Positions 1-12,721 are shown, counted from the first letter of the whole stretch. The stretch: 61,271 bases of DNA, filler included, from Vannella sp. (GCA_023345925.1; 9 parts of 9 records of this genome joined end to end with filler, not necessarily neighbours in it); one strand, 5' to 3'. Notes: a model not told the origin generated them from the letters alone. Numbers and translations are program-made.

Positions 1-443
1 GGGAGAGATAGACTGGACCTGGACGACGTCACTCTGGCCGTGCAAACGCGAGTAACTCATTCCTTCACCCAACCGCCTCCCCGAGAGGTCCTCCTCGAAC
101 TAGCACAAAAGAAGAACTCTATTCCACTCCCCTTGATCTCCCAGAAGTTGGGAGTGTTACTTCCCCGGGAACAGGTAAGAAACAACCTCGCCCTTCACCC
201 TTAAACCCTAACCCTAACCCTACTACCCTACCCTAGTATTGCTTGACGGCAAACAACTATCAAGTTGATCCTGTTGGCAATGGTATCATCCCATTGGGAG
301 TGAAACGTGGACGCGAAGCGATCGCTAGCTTGCCCCCAGCGAGCAATGAGGAGCTCCCATTCTCTTTCCCAACCCCACAACCCACTGTTATGTCCCGAGG
401 CGACGCGCCGATATCCTTCTCGCTTCCCCCAGCCAAGAAGTGA
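1..443 (+). CDS. TAF9: TFIID subunit 9 (5'-truncated; exons 1-174 and 237-443)
   Basis: Frame 1 reads DLDDVTLAVQTRVTHSFTQPPPREVLLELAQKKNSIPLP. GT-AG intron 175-236 joins it to YCLTANNYQV, the TAF9 conserved C-terminal region. Confidence 0.9.
198..236 (+). repeat. Telomere-like (CCCTAA)n degenerate repeat inside the TAF9 intron
   Basis: cccttaaaccctaaccctaaccctactaccctaccctag runs up to the 3' splice AG. Confidence 0.75.
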
Positions 444-476
444 GGAAGATAAAGAGCGTTCCGTTCATGTCTTCTT

Positions 477-1038
477 CTACTCCTGCTCCAGCTCCAACAG
501 CACACCATTGACAGACTTTGGATGGATGAAGATGACTGGTTTGCCATGAGCGCCGATCTTGGGCTCCTTGCCGAGAAGATTCAAGCCTTTCTCTTGAAGG
601 GTCCGCATGGCGACGTGGATGTCCTTCACTTCAATGCAGATGTGGTGAATGCCACCTGCAGGGTTCTTCTCTAAGAACTTGGCAATGGGGCTCTTCTCCC
701 CGAGGACGCCAAGCAGCTCGATCTTCGTGTTGCCGAGATCGACGAAAACTGTGGTTACTCCATGCTCGGATACGTCATGGGGATCACTGCAGTGTGCTCC
801 TAGAACGTTTTGGTACAAGTCAATAGAGGCCTGCAGGTCAGGAACAGCAATCGCGACGTGATTGAGCTTGCCAAGTTGCATGGCGTCCGCTTTCTTCGCC
901 CTGTCAGCTCTCTTTCATCGCCATTATCTCACTCACCAAAGCAGCCACCTGCTCCGATGTAAAAGCACGCCGTCCCACCACTTGAGAGGCCACCTGAGGA
1001 GCCACGAGACGAGAAGAGAGCGCAAGAGACCGCAACAT
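477..1038 (-). CDS. MCEE: Methylmalonyl-CoA epimerase, mitochondrial precursor (2 exons)
   Basis: VOC-fold motifs LNHVAIAVPDL, GGIHHICIEV, KIGAHGKPVIFIHPK, LLELEQ. Upstream exon MLRSLALSSRLVAPQ...GRRAF looks like a mitochondrial transit peptide and joins via a GTGAGT...CTGAC...AG intron. Confidence 0.93.
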
Positions 1039-1088
1039 CACCAACGAGGGCAAGAAATGGCTTCAGAATGATGATATGAACCGCTTTA

Positions 1089-4000
1089 TCAAGACTCTTC
1101 ACTCTTCCTTGTCTTTGCGACAAGCATGGACACTCTCCTGAGCGGATTGGTGTTGCTGGTCTCTTGGTGGTCGGGGGAGATGTGAGGACGCTTCTGCAAC
1201 CAGTACGAGCGCGGGGATGTGGGTAGGTCAGGATCCTCCGTCTGATCAGACCAAGAAGGAAGAGGAGCCTGTGCCCCAGAGTCCCCCTCTGCACCCATGG
1301 AGCTGTGAAGAGTATTCAAGTCGACTCTCATGTTCTCGCCGCGATTGATCTGCTTTTCCCACCGCAGAAGCTCTCTCAAGGGTGCCAGTGAGTGGCTGAT
1401 GTGGGTTAGTAGTGCGTTGACGTGCGTTGAGGACCGGGAACTGACCGAGATTGATTGGGTGTCGGTTCTGATTGGAGGACAAGGCCGGGTGCGCTGGGAT
1501 TCGTCTCAAATGGAGCCTCGCTGAAAGCTCGGACTAGCACCTGATTCAGGTCGTTGGTATCGGCTAGGCGGGAGCTGCTGATGTGGTCGCATGCGTATCT
1601 GGTGAGACCAGAGAAGCTGTCTGATGTGAAGCATCCACCCTCCATCAACTGAGAAGACACCTGAATGACACACGGAGAGATGAGAGGGAGATTCAACTCG
1701 AGAATAGAGGAGAGAAGATCTGCACAGTGTGGGTGAGTCCGTGAGCATCCTTGGAGTCTCGCTGAACAAGGGCAACATACTGGAAGCATCTTGAACAAGA
1801 GACGCACTAAGATAGTGAGACACAATAGAAGTTGCAGTATTGAGAAACTCAAGTTGCTTTGCAGAAGAGTCAAAAGCATGGGCCTTGAAGCTCTGCAAAA
1901 GGGGAATTATATCCTTCAACCAGTGATTCCCCATTTTCGTGGATTTCATTCGACTGAGCTGATTGAGAAGGCCATCTATGAGTTGTATAGTCTAGAGCAA
2001 TGTTAAAGAAGTGTGGGGTTGATGGGGAGACTTACTGTGCTGCTGTAATTGATAACCTGAGCCAAGAGATGGCTCTGAGCCTGGAGAGAAGCAAGCAAAA
2101 AAGGAAGAACACCCAAAAACAACAAAAGGAATGAGTTGTCGTTCGTTTTGGGTCCATCAAACGACTGCTTCACACAGTTCAGAATGAGAGAGGACGGACT
2201 GTCTATGAATTGTCCAATAAGCTGAGGAACAAGCAATGAGGCACCTTGTTCTGTTGAAGGGTAGTAAAGAGATTGAATAGCAAGTGGAAGAACTCCTTTG
2301 AATACAAAGTCCGGCACAATAGATAACTTCTCTAATTGGAAGCTCTTCAGCTTCGCGGGGCTCGCTGTCTTACTGAATATCTCCAAGCGAGTCATTATTT
2401 GAATGACTGCAAGCGCACTGGGGCGGAGTTGAATGTAAGCTGAGTGGTGGACCCTCAGGATACTAACTGCAGTCCAGAAGATGTACATGCAACTCGTGTA
2501 ATCTTCAGACTGTCCCAGAGGCTCAATTGCACCAGCCAGAATTTCCAGAATGAGGAGAAGTATACTCCTCAAGGAGTTAATAGACTTGGTTTGCTTCTGA
2601 GCTGTTGGGGAAAGAGGATTGGGACGGAAAAGTGAGCTGACATGGACATCGACTGCACTTTGGAGTTTGTTGGCGGTGTGGATGAAGCACTCGAACAGCC
2701 GACGGATTCGTTTGGAATCAAGCTGAGGAGACAGCTCCTGAAGCATTTCCAGCGCTAAGAGTGTCACTGAGGGAGAATAACCACTGGAGGCCCACATAAA
2801 GGCCTCCTGTGTCCACACTAAGCGGAATTTGGGAGCTTTCAAGAGCTCAAAAGCGCGTACAAACACGCCTACCACCCATCTACCAGCCAAGCGATCTCCT
2901 TCAATTATTTGTGATCGGGGCCGCGCTGACTGAGAGAATGGATACGTCGCTAAAAGAGGATTCGTCCGGCAAGCGTCCAACTCCCAGAGTAACTCGCCCG
3001 ATAAGCCCTCCTCTAATTTCTGAAGCTCGCTGATGATAAGATTCTCCCTGAACCCGCTCTCTTGTAGTAGAGTAGCCAGATGCAGAGCGACTGTTTGCAA
3101 GAAAGCAGCCAAGACCTTCTTGTTAGTGGGATGGCTCAAGTAAAGAAGGCTCCACGTTAAGGCCACATGAATGTGGGGCAATATCTGATCGAAAGTGTCC
3201 GGAACGAAGTCGCTGAGCAGTTCAATACTAGAGCGACAGAGTCTCAGGCGCTCCTTGGCCTCTGGCTGGAGGCTGTACAAGTTGCCTCTTAAGTTTGGAT
3301 AAAGCGAAAAGAAGCTCAGCGTCCCATTTGCAGAAACAGGGAAGAAAATATGATCTAACGGAGGTGGCGGGACACTTCGGAAGAGGTAGACAATCAACAC
3401 ACGACAACTCGGGAGCCAAATGTGATTCAAAAGGAAGTCAACCACAAGACCATGGTTTTCGGAACTGCTTGCTAAACACTGCCAAAAGGTGATCATTTCA
3501 GCAGGAATGTGGAACTTGTCTTGGACAATGTCCATCATAAAATGGCGGAATGATTGAACAAGGAACTCTTTGACATTCGGGAGCTCGCCAAGATGCATTG
3601 CCTTTGTCCAAGGAAGGAGGAACTCCAAGGCCCAATGCTTGGCAGCAACGTTTGAGATGGAAGGCAAACGCGCAAACGCCTCCCGGAATAGATTTCCAGT
3701 GAACTGTGTGCATTCTGTGGCTGCAATAGCGGATACTTTACACGCATTCTCACGCATTACCTCTACCAAAGAGGATGGAGTCGACAGATGGCTGATTTTG
3801 GTCGCTATTGCGATTGATTCAGGAGTAGAAGCGAGTGCGTTCTGGCCAAATTGAGAGGGAATCAGTCTTTGAAGGACCCTGAAAGTTCTTTGTCGATATT
3901 CAGAAACCGGATGAACGAGATTACAAAGGAAAAGGAACATAAGAGGTCCTGCATTCTCCAAAGTGGTTGCTGCAAAGGCTTCGTCTGCCTTGTTTGTTAA

Positions 4001-7000
4001 CATTATTTCCCTCTTGGGTTGTAGCTGTCTCGAATGGGCCATAGCCTCCTGATGTTGCTTCTTTTTTTCTGCTATCTGCCAATACTGCCTTACTGGAGAA
4101 GGAGGCTGGGCAAACTGACCTGCAATGGCAAGGAAAAACAAGTGATTTTGCTTGTGAGTGTAAGAGCTATCCAGGAATGTGGGTAAAAGACTTCCATAGT
4201 GGAAAGCCAGGAGAGGAGTGAGAACGTTGTGTTCCTCCTCCAATTGAACGGCCCATTTGAGTGCTTCTGAAGGGACTTTGTCACCAAATAATGGTCCCAC
4301 ACCAATGAGAGCTGCAAATGCAACGTTCGCCTGTTGCACCGCTAGCCTGTGGATAGCATCACTTGTTGGTGTCTTCTCTTTAGGGGCTGAGGCGGTCCCA
4401 TACTGGTGCAATAACTGGTAAATGCGGAACCTCTTCTCAATCGGCCAATTCATCCCTTTAACAATGGATTGTGAGATATTCACGCGCAAGGCACCACCTA
4501 TGCAATACAGAGAAGTCTTTTCCATCGCGCGGCAGTAGTTGGTGAGGGCCAGAGCAAAAGAAACAAATAGAGTTGCATTCACACTTTTAGGTTGCCCTGA
4601 TGAGCCTTCCAGAGTACTTGCTACTTCAGAGAGCAACTCAACAACAGTATCACAACAACTGAGAAAGCCAAATTTCACCACATCAAGGAATCCATCGCCG
4701 CTCACCACATAGCTGAGAAGCTGAGCAAATGACTGGTAGATCTTTGACTTGGCCTTCTTACTCAGATCATCAAGGAAGGTCTGAAGGGACCTGACAATAT
4801 CATGAACAATGGAATTATGTGCTGCTAGAACCGTCAAAGACATCTCCTCGAGTAAGCTGGCACTCTCAGTGGATGAAAGATTATTCCACATGCCCCGCGT
4901 GTACTCCCAGAAGACTGGAAGAAGTGGGTCCTTGCAGATTGTGCTGGAGTCTGTCGTTGCAAATAGGAAAACTTGAAGGAAAAGTCTTCGCACTGCTATC
5001 TCCCCAATCTCTTCTTTCGCCTGTGCAACAGTGCTATTGATAGAAGAGAATGCATTGGAGGTATTCACATACGAAATGAGGGAACGAAGTGCCAGTGACC
5101 TCGCCTCCCCCATTCCCGCTATGTTTTCGAGAGAGGCTTCCCTGAAGACTTCAGAAAGTACACACGCCCACAGAAGATAGTCTCCACATCCAGCAACCTC
5201 TTCAAAAGATAGACATTCCGTGTTGGCACCAATCCATACGTGGTCCGAGCATCCATCTGCCAAATAGAGAAGATACCGGAATCGAGCCCTTTCCATGATT
5301 GTCTGGCCCCTTCGAAAGAGAATAGCCGATACTGACTTGGGATCTGGTTCCGTCACAGCAAAGTATGCATGGAGTAGTTGAAGGGCAAGCAATCGGATAT
5401 TTGAAGAATAATGGCAAAGATGCAGCAATCCTAAGGCTTCCACTCTATTCAGGAGCTTTGCAGAAAGTTTAGAGTCATGAGGTCCAACTGCATCATCAGA
5501 ACGTTCTGTTGGAATCCGCAGTAAGGAAGCAGAGAGATCCAATAAGAAGGTTATGTGAGAAAGATAAGTCTCCAGAGCTGCCGGCTCAGTATCCGGACAA
5601 GCAAGGGCCACAGCTACCAACTCCTGGATGACCTTTGAGCGACATTTTGGATAATCCAGAAGTAAGGCTTGCATTGTGAATGAGGCCTCTTCTGCCAGCA
5701 CGCGCGAAGGATGAGTAATCAAGCGACCAAAGAAGTTTTCTCCGAGATTTGCCCAGAACAGGCTGCTTGTCACAATTCTCGCACTTTTGATCACCTCAAC
5801 CGCCATTTCCAAGGGAATTCGATCCTTGTACTCTCCTTCGGGTGCTCCAATAAGAGGAGGGCGAGTTTCCCAGTAAAAGGGCGCCGCTTTGTTGATCCCA
5901 GACTGCATTAGCCAGGATTGAGTGGTCTCCACAACTTGTCTCCGAGATAACTCTCGATTCTGTGCTATTTTAGCTTCATAGCGTTCATCCCGAATGGTGA
6001 AACAAAGACGATAAATTGAGTCATCGCCTTTTTGAGCATGGAACTGTTCAAGAGGGTTCTGACCGCTTCTATCCGCTGATAAAGTCTTCACAACCTTCTC
6101 GAGATCCTGGCGGATATGATATGGGACTGGGCGATGAACTGACTTGCAGTATGAAAAAGTGACCACATCAGTTTGCAGCATAGCAGCAGGGAAACTGACA
6201 TTCAAGCGTGTCTGAAACTCTCTGTAAACCTCTGCTGACTCTTGCATCCTTATGCACTTTCCAATCTGAATGCGGCCCAAAGGATTCACCAGTTCCTGCA
6301 GGGCGCGGTTTCCAATGATACGATCCATTAAGGCCACGTTCTTCTCAGAGAATAAGGCGGGGATGAGCGTGGTTTTGGTGTACTCCAAATTATGAACAGC
6401 TATCTGCAGGACGATTTGAGTGCACAAGTCAACAGTTCGTTCTTCCACAGCCCATTTAGCGGTTGATTTGAGAAAGAGTGCGTTCACAATCAGCTTGATG
6501 CGATTAGATATGCGGTCGGGATCACGGTTCAGAGGCGTAAAGGAGAGGGCGTCAGCTCCAACCCAAAGAGGTATCCGATAAGAAGGATGAAGAATATCCG
6601 GTTGCCATTTGCTCAACCGCTGGCCCTTGTAAGAGCCTTGCAATAGAATCAAAATAGATTCCACAAAGAGATCACGTCGGGGATGCGTTTTCCAATTCTT
6701 TCTGAAAACGCGTTTGGTAAGGAACCCATCAAGGCTCTCTTCAAACTTGCTTTGGTTGCCATGTGAGAGACAAACAGCCCACAAGAGAACTGCAGCAGCC
6801 TCCAATTCGTCTTGCTTCATCCAGCGGATGACCTTTGCCTCCAAAAGTTCTATTTCCGCCTCCATCTCAGGAACCTCATTCCAGACAATGGAGCGAAGGC
6901 ACCCGGCCATAATCTCCAGAAGGAGAGCACGAGAGAGCTTGTGCCTGCTGTTTTCTACTATGTCAGAGGCGAAGCGAACAAAGTTGATGGCCTCCTGAAG

Positions 7001-8044
7001 GCCTCCACCAACAAGCTGCATCAAAGGTGAGTGGCTATCAGGTGCAGCTGCAGTCACACTTACACAGAGCTGCATTCGCTTCAGACAAGGGGTCATTCGT
7101 TGACAGTCAACATCGCCTTTGAAACTCTCCATGATGATGGAAGTAGGGGCAGACTCCAGGCTACATTGGCCAAGTCAGCGACGGAGAAGGGAATAAAGCT
7201 GGTGAGAACTCACTGGAAAGCAGATACTGCACTCAATATAACAGTCCATTGGTCGCTGGCCTTCTTGTGAATGCGTTGAATGAACTCTGCGTGAAGAGGG
7301 AAGCGAAGTTCCGGTCCTTTCTGGTTTGCAAGAGCGAGTTGGACCAGTTGGCGAAGAACAGGGCGTGAGAGATTACGTCCATCGTAAAAGTGCATCGCGT
7401 AAGAGATCCCATCAGCCACCACCAACCCAGCAAAGCACATCTGCTCAAAGTTAATCTCGGAATGAGTGTCGAAGAGAGCTCTCAACTCACAAGTAAGTCG
7501 AGGCACCTTGGGCTGGTACGAATAGAAGCACCGCCTTGGCTATTACAAGCTCGCTTGAGGAACTTAACGAAGCTGAACTCTTCCCAAAGCCTCTCGTGAA
7601 GGAGAAGGTCGACGCCCTTAATCTCGTCCCCTGGTGCTTGGGGCAACCAGCGAAGGAACAGACGGATGACTCTTTCAGGGTTACTTTCGCTGATGAGTTC
7701 TCCCAATGCAAGAAGCGTTCGCCTGTAGAAGAGGTCGCCGCGAGGGAAGCGGTGCCAAATGCGACGATTGAGCTCCAGTTCCGAGGGTGAGTTCGTCGCG
7801 AAAGACTCAACAACGTGTTAGACAATCTAGCATAACCAGAGAGGGAAGGTACCTTGTTTGTGCCTCTCCGCGCACTGGGAATACCCCGTGCAGTTGTAGA
7901 GCCACCCCGTGGAGAGTGGGGCCCTCCAGTGTCTTCTAACATGTGCAAGCGCCCCACCACATTGGCAGCCATCTCCCCCTGGAACTTGTACATCACCGCC
8001 ATCACGACACCACCTTTCGACACCTTCGTGGCCTCCTCGTCCAT
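1089..8044 (-). CDS. FRY: Furry/Tao3/MOR2-like ARM-repeat scaffold (multi-exon, >2100 aa)
   Basis: Segments RLITHPSRVLAEEASFTMQALLLDYP, VEALGLLHLCHYSSNIRLLALQLL, FWTAVSIL and FKGVLPLAIQSL resemble Furry-family blocks. ORF pieces 7487-8044, 7482-7706, 7210-7506, 2003-7132, 1506-1949, 1406-1879 and 1089-1379 splice in frame at GT-AG introns. Confidence 0.75.
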
Positions 8045-8158
8045 CCTCCAAGTAAATGGCGAATAGGCATGCTTTTCTAACCATTTGTTGCCATCCCGGG
8101 CTCACCAAGGGGACGAGCGCCCTTGGGGAGTGAATTGGGGAGCCGCTATCCAGCTCGT

Positions 8159-9190
8159 ATGTTGGGTGTGGAAGACGTGGCTGCTGATGTAGAGGCGGAG
8201 AAGGAGGTTAAGAGGAGTGGCCGTGCGTTGTGATGTGTGAGGGGAGTGTGGCTGACGGAGGCACAGAGACGGTGGCGGTGTGGCTTTTGGGGGCTCTGCT
8301 GGTGTCAGCGCTTGTTGGAGCAGTCTGCTACTTTGTTCCTTGGGTATTGATCATGGAGATGTTCTTTGAAGAGACAGAGACCTTGGGAATCTATGGGTAA
8401 GCAGCTTTCGCGGATCAGACTCGCCCTCCCTTCCTCCCTGCTCATCCTCGATCAGCAACTTCTTACTTATCTTTGGCTTTGTCTTCATATCTATCCCCTT
8501 CACCTTCGGATACATCCCGTTGTGTCTTGGAGCGGGTTACCTCTATGGACTCCTCATGGGGACTGTCACGTCCTTGCTCGGGATCTGGCTTGGTACATCC
8601 ATATGTTTCTGGTCGGTTCGAGTGCTCCTGAAGCCCTTCTGCCTCCAAAAGATGGAAGGAGTCCCTTACGCTGCTGCCTTCCTGGGGACGGGTACGTTGA
8701 ACCCTCCCAAAGAAGGAGGTTTACCCACAGAGGGCATCCAGGTGAAGAAGGAGACGAGAACTCTATTGGTCTCTATAGTGCCATCCTTTGGCGCTTCGCT
8801 CCGATCCCCTTTGGCTTCACAAATGCACTCTTTGCGGTGAGTGTGCTGTTCAGCGGACCGCAGGGGACTGATTTCAGACGCTAGCTATCTCCAATACCCT
8901 TTGGACGTTTCTTTGTCTCAACAACAGTGGGGCTCCTGCCCTTCCAGATCATGTGGATCTATTTAGGAACATCCGTGCGATCGTTAACTGATGTGGCTTC
9001 TGGAAACGTTGAAGGATCATCTATGCAGGTGTTCTCCCTTACCGTTCAACTGATAGCTGCCGTGATGGTCCCCCTCTACATAGTCTGGCGATCTCGATCC
9101 CAGAAGCCTCCTTCTGTTGATGAGGAAGTGGAAGTGTCCTCCTTCCCCCCTGAAAGCGGAGGATCAGATTCCCAAGTGTTTGATGTTTAG
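8159..9190 (+). CDS. TMEM64: TMEM64/TVP38 (VTT/SNARE-associated) membrane protein, multi-exon
   Basis: GAGYLYGLLMG, RFAPIPFGFTNALFA and GLLPFQIMWIYLGTSVRSLTDV motifs. First exon from ATG 8159 splices into a hydrophobic TM exon. Confidence 0.8.
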
Positions 9191-9518
9191 TTAGGAGATC
9201 TACTTGAACGTCAAACCAATTGTGTACAGTAAACGGCCCCTTTTCGTGAAGCAGGGTTTAGATCAACTGGTTGTGGGGTGCGTCAGTGACCAAAGCGACA
9301 GCTCGGAACGTCACGCAGGCCACCAAAAAGAAACCAGCAACCCACTTCCAATCAAATGTGGGTTCCGGAGGTCCACGAGGTTGCATTGTCGAACTGAAGG
9401 GCAACGAGGGAATGACTTCCTGGAATTGTTCGCTTGAAAGGTAAGTTTCTCATCAAAGAAGAAGAATTGATTGGAAGGTACAGAGGATTGATGAACGAAA
9501 TGGGGCATTTTATCTTGG

Positions 9519-9944
9519 ATGGCTGAGAACCCGCAGAGGAGGAACCGGAGTGTTACGTGTCCAATGAGATACAGGGACCCGAACACGACTGAGCAAGAGA
9601 ATAAGGCGAGGATGGATGAGACAGAGCAGGACAGGGCGGTCCTGGCTTTTGCTAACAAGCGAACAACAGCCTCCCCACCACGGAAAGCTTTTCTTCCCGC
9701 AACACTAGACAGTGACCAACCCCCTCGAACACGATTGAAGCGGGCTGCTACAGCTACATCCCTATCCTTGTCCTTGGATCTCTCCTCACTTCCGCCACAG
9801 AGTCCCCCTGAAGCCCACGTGTCCCCTCAGAGCAAGAGACCTTCGTCCGCAAGAGGACTTCTTCAAGAGAAGCAGAAGAGAGCCCTTGGCCCCATCATCC
9901 AACAACAGCGGATTCTATCAGGATCGCAAACCGCCCGCGTGTGA
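9519..9944 (+). CDS. Hypothetical basic, Ser/Pro-rich disordered protein
   Basis: 141-aa ATG ORF filling the space between TMEM64 and the PPR gene. No recognisable domain. Confidence 0.4.
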   Translation: MAENPQRRNRSVTCPMRYRDPNTTEQENKARMDETEQDRAVLAFANKRTTASPPRKAFLPATLDSDQPPRTRLKRAATATSLSLSLDLSSLPPQSPPEAHVSPQSKRPSSARGLLQEKQKRALGPIIQQQRILSGSQTARV

Positions 9945-10017
9945 AGCAGAGCGCTCAGCCCTCTGAAGTATGTAAAGTGTGTAGAATCGTTCTGTTCTGC
10001 TGGTTGGTTTATGATGT

Positions 10018-12360
10018 TCATGCAAGTTGGTTGCGCCACTCGCGGGAAAGGTAAAGGGAGTCACAAAGGGACTGGGAAGGAGGAGAAGCCATTGGGGCCT
10101 TGGTGAGGACAGTGTTGACAAAGCTCATAGCAGCGTTGGCGTCTTGATTGGCAACGAGATAGGTCAATACATTGCCCCAAATGGCCTCGATGCGCTCGTT
10201 GCTGTCCTCAGGGATCTTGCTGCGCCCTTGGATCTCGTTGATAGCGTCGTACAAGAACCCTTCTTGGCTCTGGCTCTCAAACGTGGGGTCTGTCAGCTTG
10301 AAGCGTTCGTCAATCAGGTCCTCAAGGATGCGATGGCGAGGGAGCTTGCCGAGGATGGCGCGGATGGACTCAAGTCCCTCCTCATTCTCAATAGAGGCGT
10401 TCTCAGACAATGCTTCCAAACCTGTCATTCTCGTGTGGGTTGATCCTTCAAGCTGGAGGTCGCGTTGCATGGAGTGAGTCCCCTTGGGAAGGGCGAGGAC
10501 GGGTCGGTCAGGGTAAGGAAGGCGGTTGTCCTTTTCACTGGCAAATGGTAGCTCCTTGGTGACCTCTGAGGAGGTCTCCGATGGCCTATTATCGAACCCT
10601 AAGAAGAGGTCTTGCCCTTGATCCTTTGTCGCAAAGAAGGGCTGTTTGGGGTCGACTTTCCTCGGTTTGTCAAGGTTTCGGAAGCTCGAGAAGGATTTGA
10701 AGTTGTCTAGAGCATCTTCAGTGTCTCTGAAACCGCCAGCACCTCCTTGTCCGAACTTGTCACCTTTCCTCCCAGGGTCTCCTGGGTTTGTCTTCCCCAC
10801 GTTCTTGAAGAGGTTTCCGCTGAAGATGTTGAGCGTATCCTCTACCACAACCTCTCCTTCGTACTTCTTCTGGAGATCTTCTTTGAGGTAGCGTTCATAA
10901 GGCTTGGGAATGGGCATGCGAGCAACACCGTCCTCAGCATCAGGCTCAGGCAAGGGAGACGAGCGCGAGACCGTTGCTATGGAGTAAGGGCTCTTCGTAA
11001 AGCTCTCAATTTGAGCACTGAGCTCGCTTGAGATGTTCGTGCGAGTGGTCAAAGGCGACGAGAACTTCAACTTGTTGGTGTAGTATCGCTTCATCGTTAA
11101 AGTGACCAATTCCTCTGCTTTGGCGAGATCATCCTTGGCCAAGTAGTGATCAAGGAGCACATGATTCATCTTCTCTGTGTAAACATCGTTCTCCTTGATG
11201 TACTCGAAGATCTGATCGAATTGGCGATCAAAGTTGACATCTCGGTGGACGTCCGTGCTCATGTCAACCATCACTTGCAGCAGACTAACTCGATAGTCCT
11301 CTGGGATGTAGCTCTCCATCACCAGACGCGGGATAGTGCGCAAGGACTCTTCTGTGTTCAACGCCAGGGCACTCTTGATGATGGGAACGTACGTTTCGGG
11401 GAAGATATGATAGCAGTCGCGTACCATGATCTGATACATTGTAAAGGTGTTCTGGAAGTCCACTTGGCGGTGGAAATGAAGGACGACCTCGTTAACGATG
11501 TCATCTGAGAAGCGGAATCCGCGCGCTACAGAGCGATAGAAAGACCGACGGATCTTGTCTGATACCTTAGCACCTTTCTGATCAAGCTGCAGTAGGTGCC
11601 GAGTGACGTGGTTGGGGATGTTTGGCTCGAAGTATGGATAAGTGTCCAATAGGTACTCTTGAATGTGGAAGGGATCCAGCACGTTGGGGGAGTTCACAGA
11701 TGAGTAGAGGAGCATCTCATAGTACTCCTTCTTGAGAGGAGCGTGCATGGTCTCCCGGAAGTGGACGAGGTACTTCTTCAAGAGTTCGTATCCTTGAGGT
11801 CCCTGGGCGCTGATGTACTCGAAGATCTTGTCATAGAACTCCTCATCGTAGATACCGTTGATTTCCATGATGCGGGTGAAGAGCAGGACCTCCGCCAAGT
11901 CACCTTGCTTCAAGTAGAGTTCCATCAGTCGTTGAATACCGACTAAACTGACTGCACCGAACTCTGCAGCCTTCATAATAACGTTACGCGCATGCCCCTT
12001 CAGGCCAAAGTTGGTGTACTCGATAGCAAGAGGGAGGAAGGTGTCCTCATTGGGGTCAGGTTGCTCAGGATCCTCCAACTTCTCAAGAACGAGCGCGATT
12101 TTACCATACATCTGACTGCGGATGTAGGCTTTGATGAGGCTATTGTAAACCTTGATAGAGGGCCGTTTCACCTTCTCTAGGATCTGCTCGATCTTCTCAT
12201 AGTCACCTCGAGCCCCCGCCGCAATGGCCACCATCTCATAGTTGCCCTCGGGATCCGTAAACTTCGTCTTGTTCTTACCTCCCATCTGCGTACAATACGG
12301 CGCAACATGCGCGACAACAGGGAGCGCAGTCCTCCTCAAGGAGCCCGCCACTCGCAACAT
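10018..12360 (-). CDS. Mitochondrial pentatricopeptide-repeat-like protein (780 aa, no obvious intron)
   Basis: Arg-rich transit peptide MLRVAGSLRRTAL. PPR-like units PSIKVYNSLIKAYIRSQ, PDPNEDTFLPL and ETYVPIIKSAL. Confidence 0.75.
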   Translation of the reverse strand: MLRVAGSLRRTALPVVAHVAPYCTQMGGKNKTKFTDPEGNYEMVAIAAGARGDYEKIEQILEKVKRPSIKVYNSLIKAYIRSQMYGKIALVLEKLEDPEQPDPNEDTFLPLAIEYTNFGLKGHARNVIMKAAEFGAVSLVGIQRLMELYLKQGDLAEVLLFTRIMEINGIYDEEFYDKIFEYISAQGPQGYELLKKYLVHFRETMHAPLKKEYYEMLLYSSVNSPNVLDPFHIQEYLLDTYPYFEPNIPNHVTRHLLQLDQKGAKVSDKIRRSFYRSVARGFRFSDDIVNEVVLHFHRQVDFQNTFTMYQIMVRDCYHIFPETYVPIIKSALALNTEESLRTIPRLVMESYIPEDYRVSLLQVMVDMSTDVHRDVNFDRQFDQIFEYIKENDVYTEKMNHVLLDHYLAKDDLAKAEELVTLTMKRYYTNKLKFSSPLTTRTNISSELSAQIESFTKSPYSIATVSRSSPLPEPDAEDGVARMPIPKPYERYLKEDLQKKYEGEVVVEDTLNIFSGNLFKNVGKTNPGDPGRKGDKFGQGGAGGFRDTEDALDNFKSFSSFRNLDKPRKVDPKQPFFATKDQGQDLFLGFDNRPSETSSEVTKELPFASEKDNRLPYPDRPVLALPKGTHSMQRDLQLEGSTHTRMTGLEALSENASIENEEGLESIRAILGKLPRHRILEDLIDERFKLTDPTFESQSQEGFLYDAINEIQGRSKIPEDSNERIEAIWGNVLTYLVANQDANAAMSFVNTVLTKAPMASPPSQSLCDSLYLSREWRNQLA

Positions 12361-12412
12361 CGCGCCAAAGACTGATCAGCCCTAGGCGCGATGATTTTTG
12401 AAGATTATTTGT

Positions 12413-12721
12413 ATGTCGTCCAAAGAGGTGCGCACGTGACGGATTGGATCGGGCTGGCCTGACTTGGAGGGAAGAGGGCCCAACAGGAGTTTCGGCGGGT
12501 GTTTGTGGAGGCTTTAGAGAGTACCCAGGTTGTGGGAGAGTTCAAATGCTGCTTGGATGAGCGAACGAGCCGGGGGGTGTTGTATGTGACCAACGATGGA
12601 CTTTACTTCTTCTCAAAGATGCTTGGAGAGAAGAAGGTGATGCTTCCTCTTTCTGTTGCATGTAGAAGGGTGACTCACGACAGGCTGACAGGTGGTGCTC
12701 CCTTTCTCTACCATCAACTCA
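12413..12721 (+). CDS. GRAM-domain protein, 3'-truncated by contig end
   Basis: MSSKE|EFRRVF...FKCCLDERTSRGVLYVTNDGLYFFSKMLGEKK|VVLPFSTI fits the GRAM pattern (F-x-C...G-x-L-Y-V...F-F-S). Confidence 0.75.
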
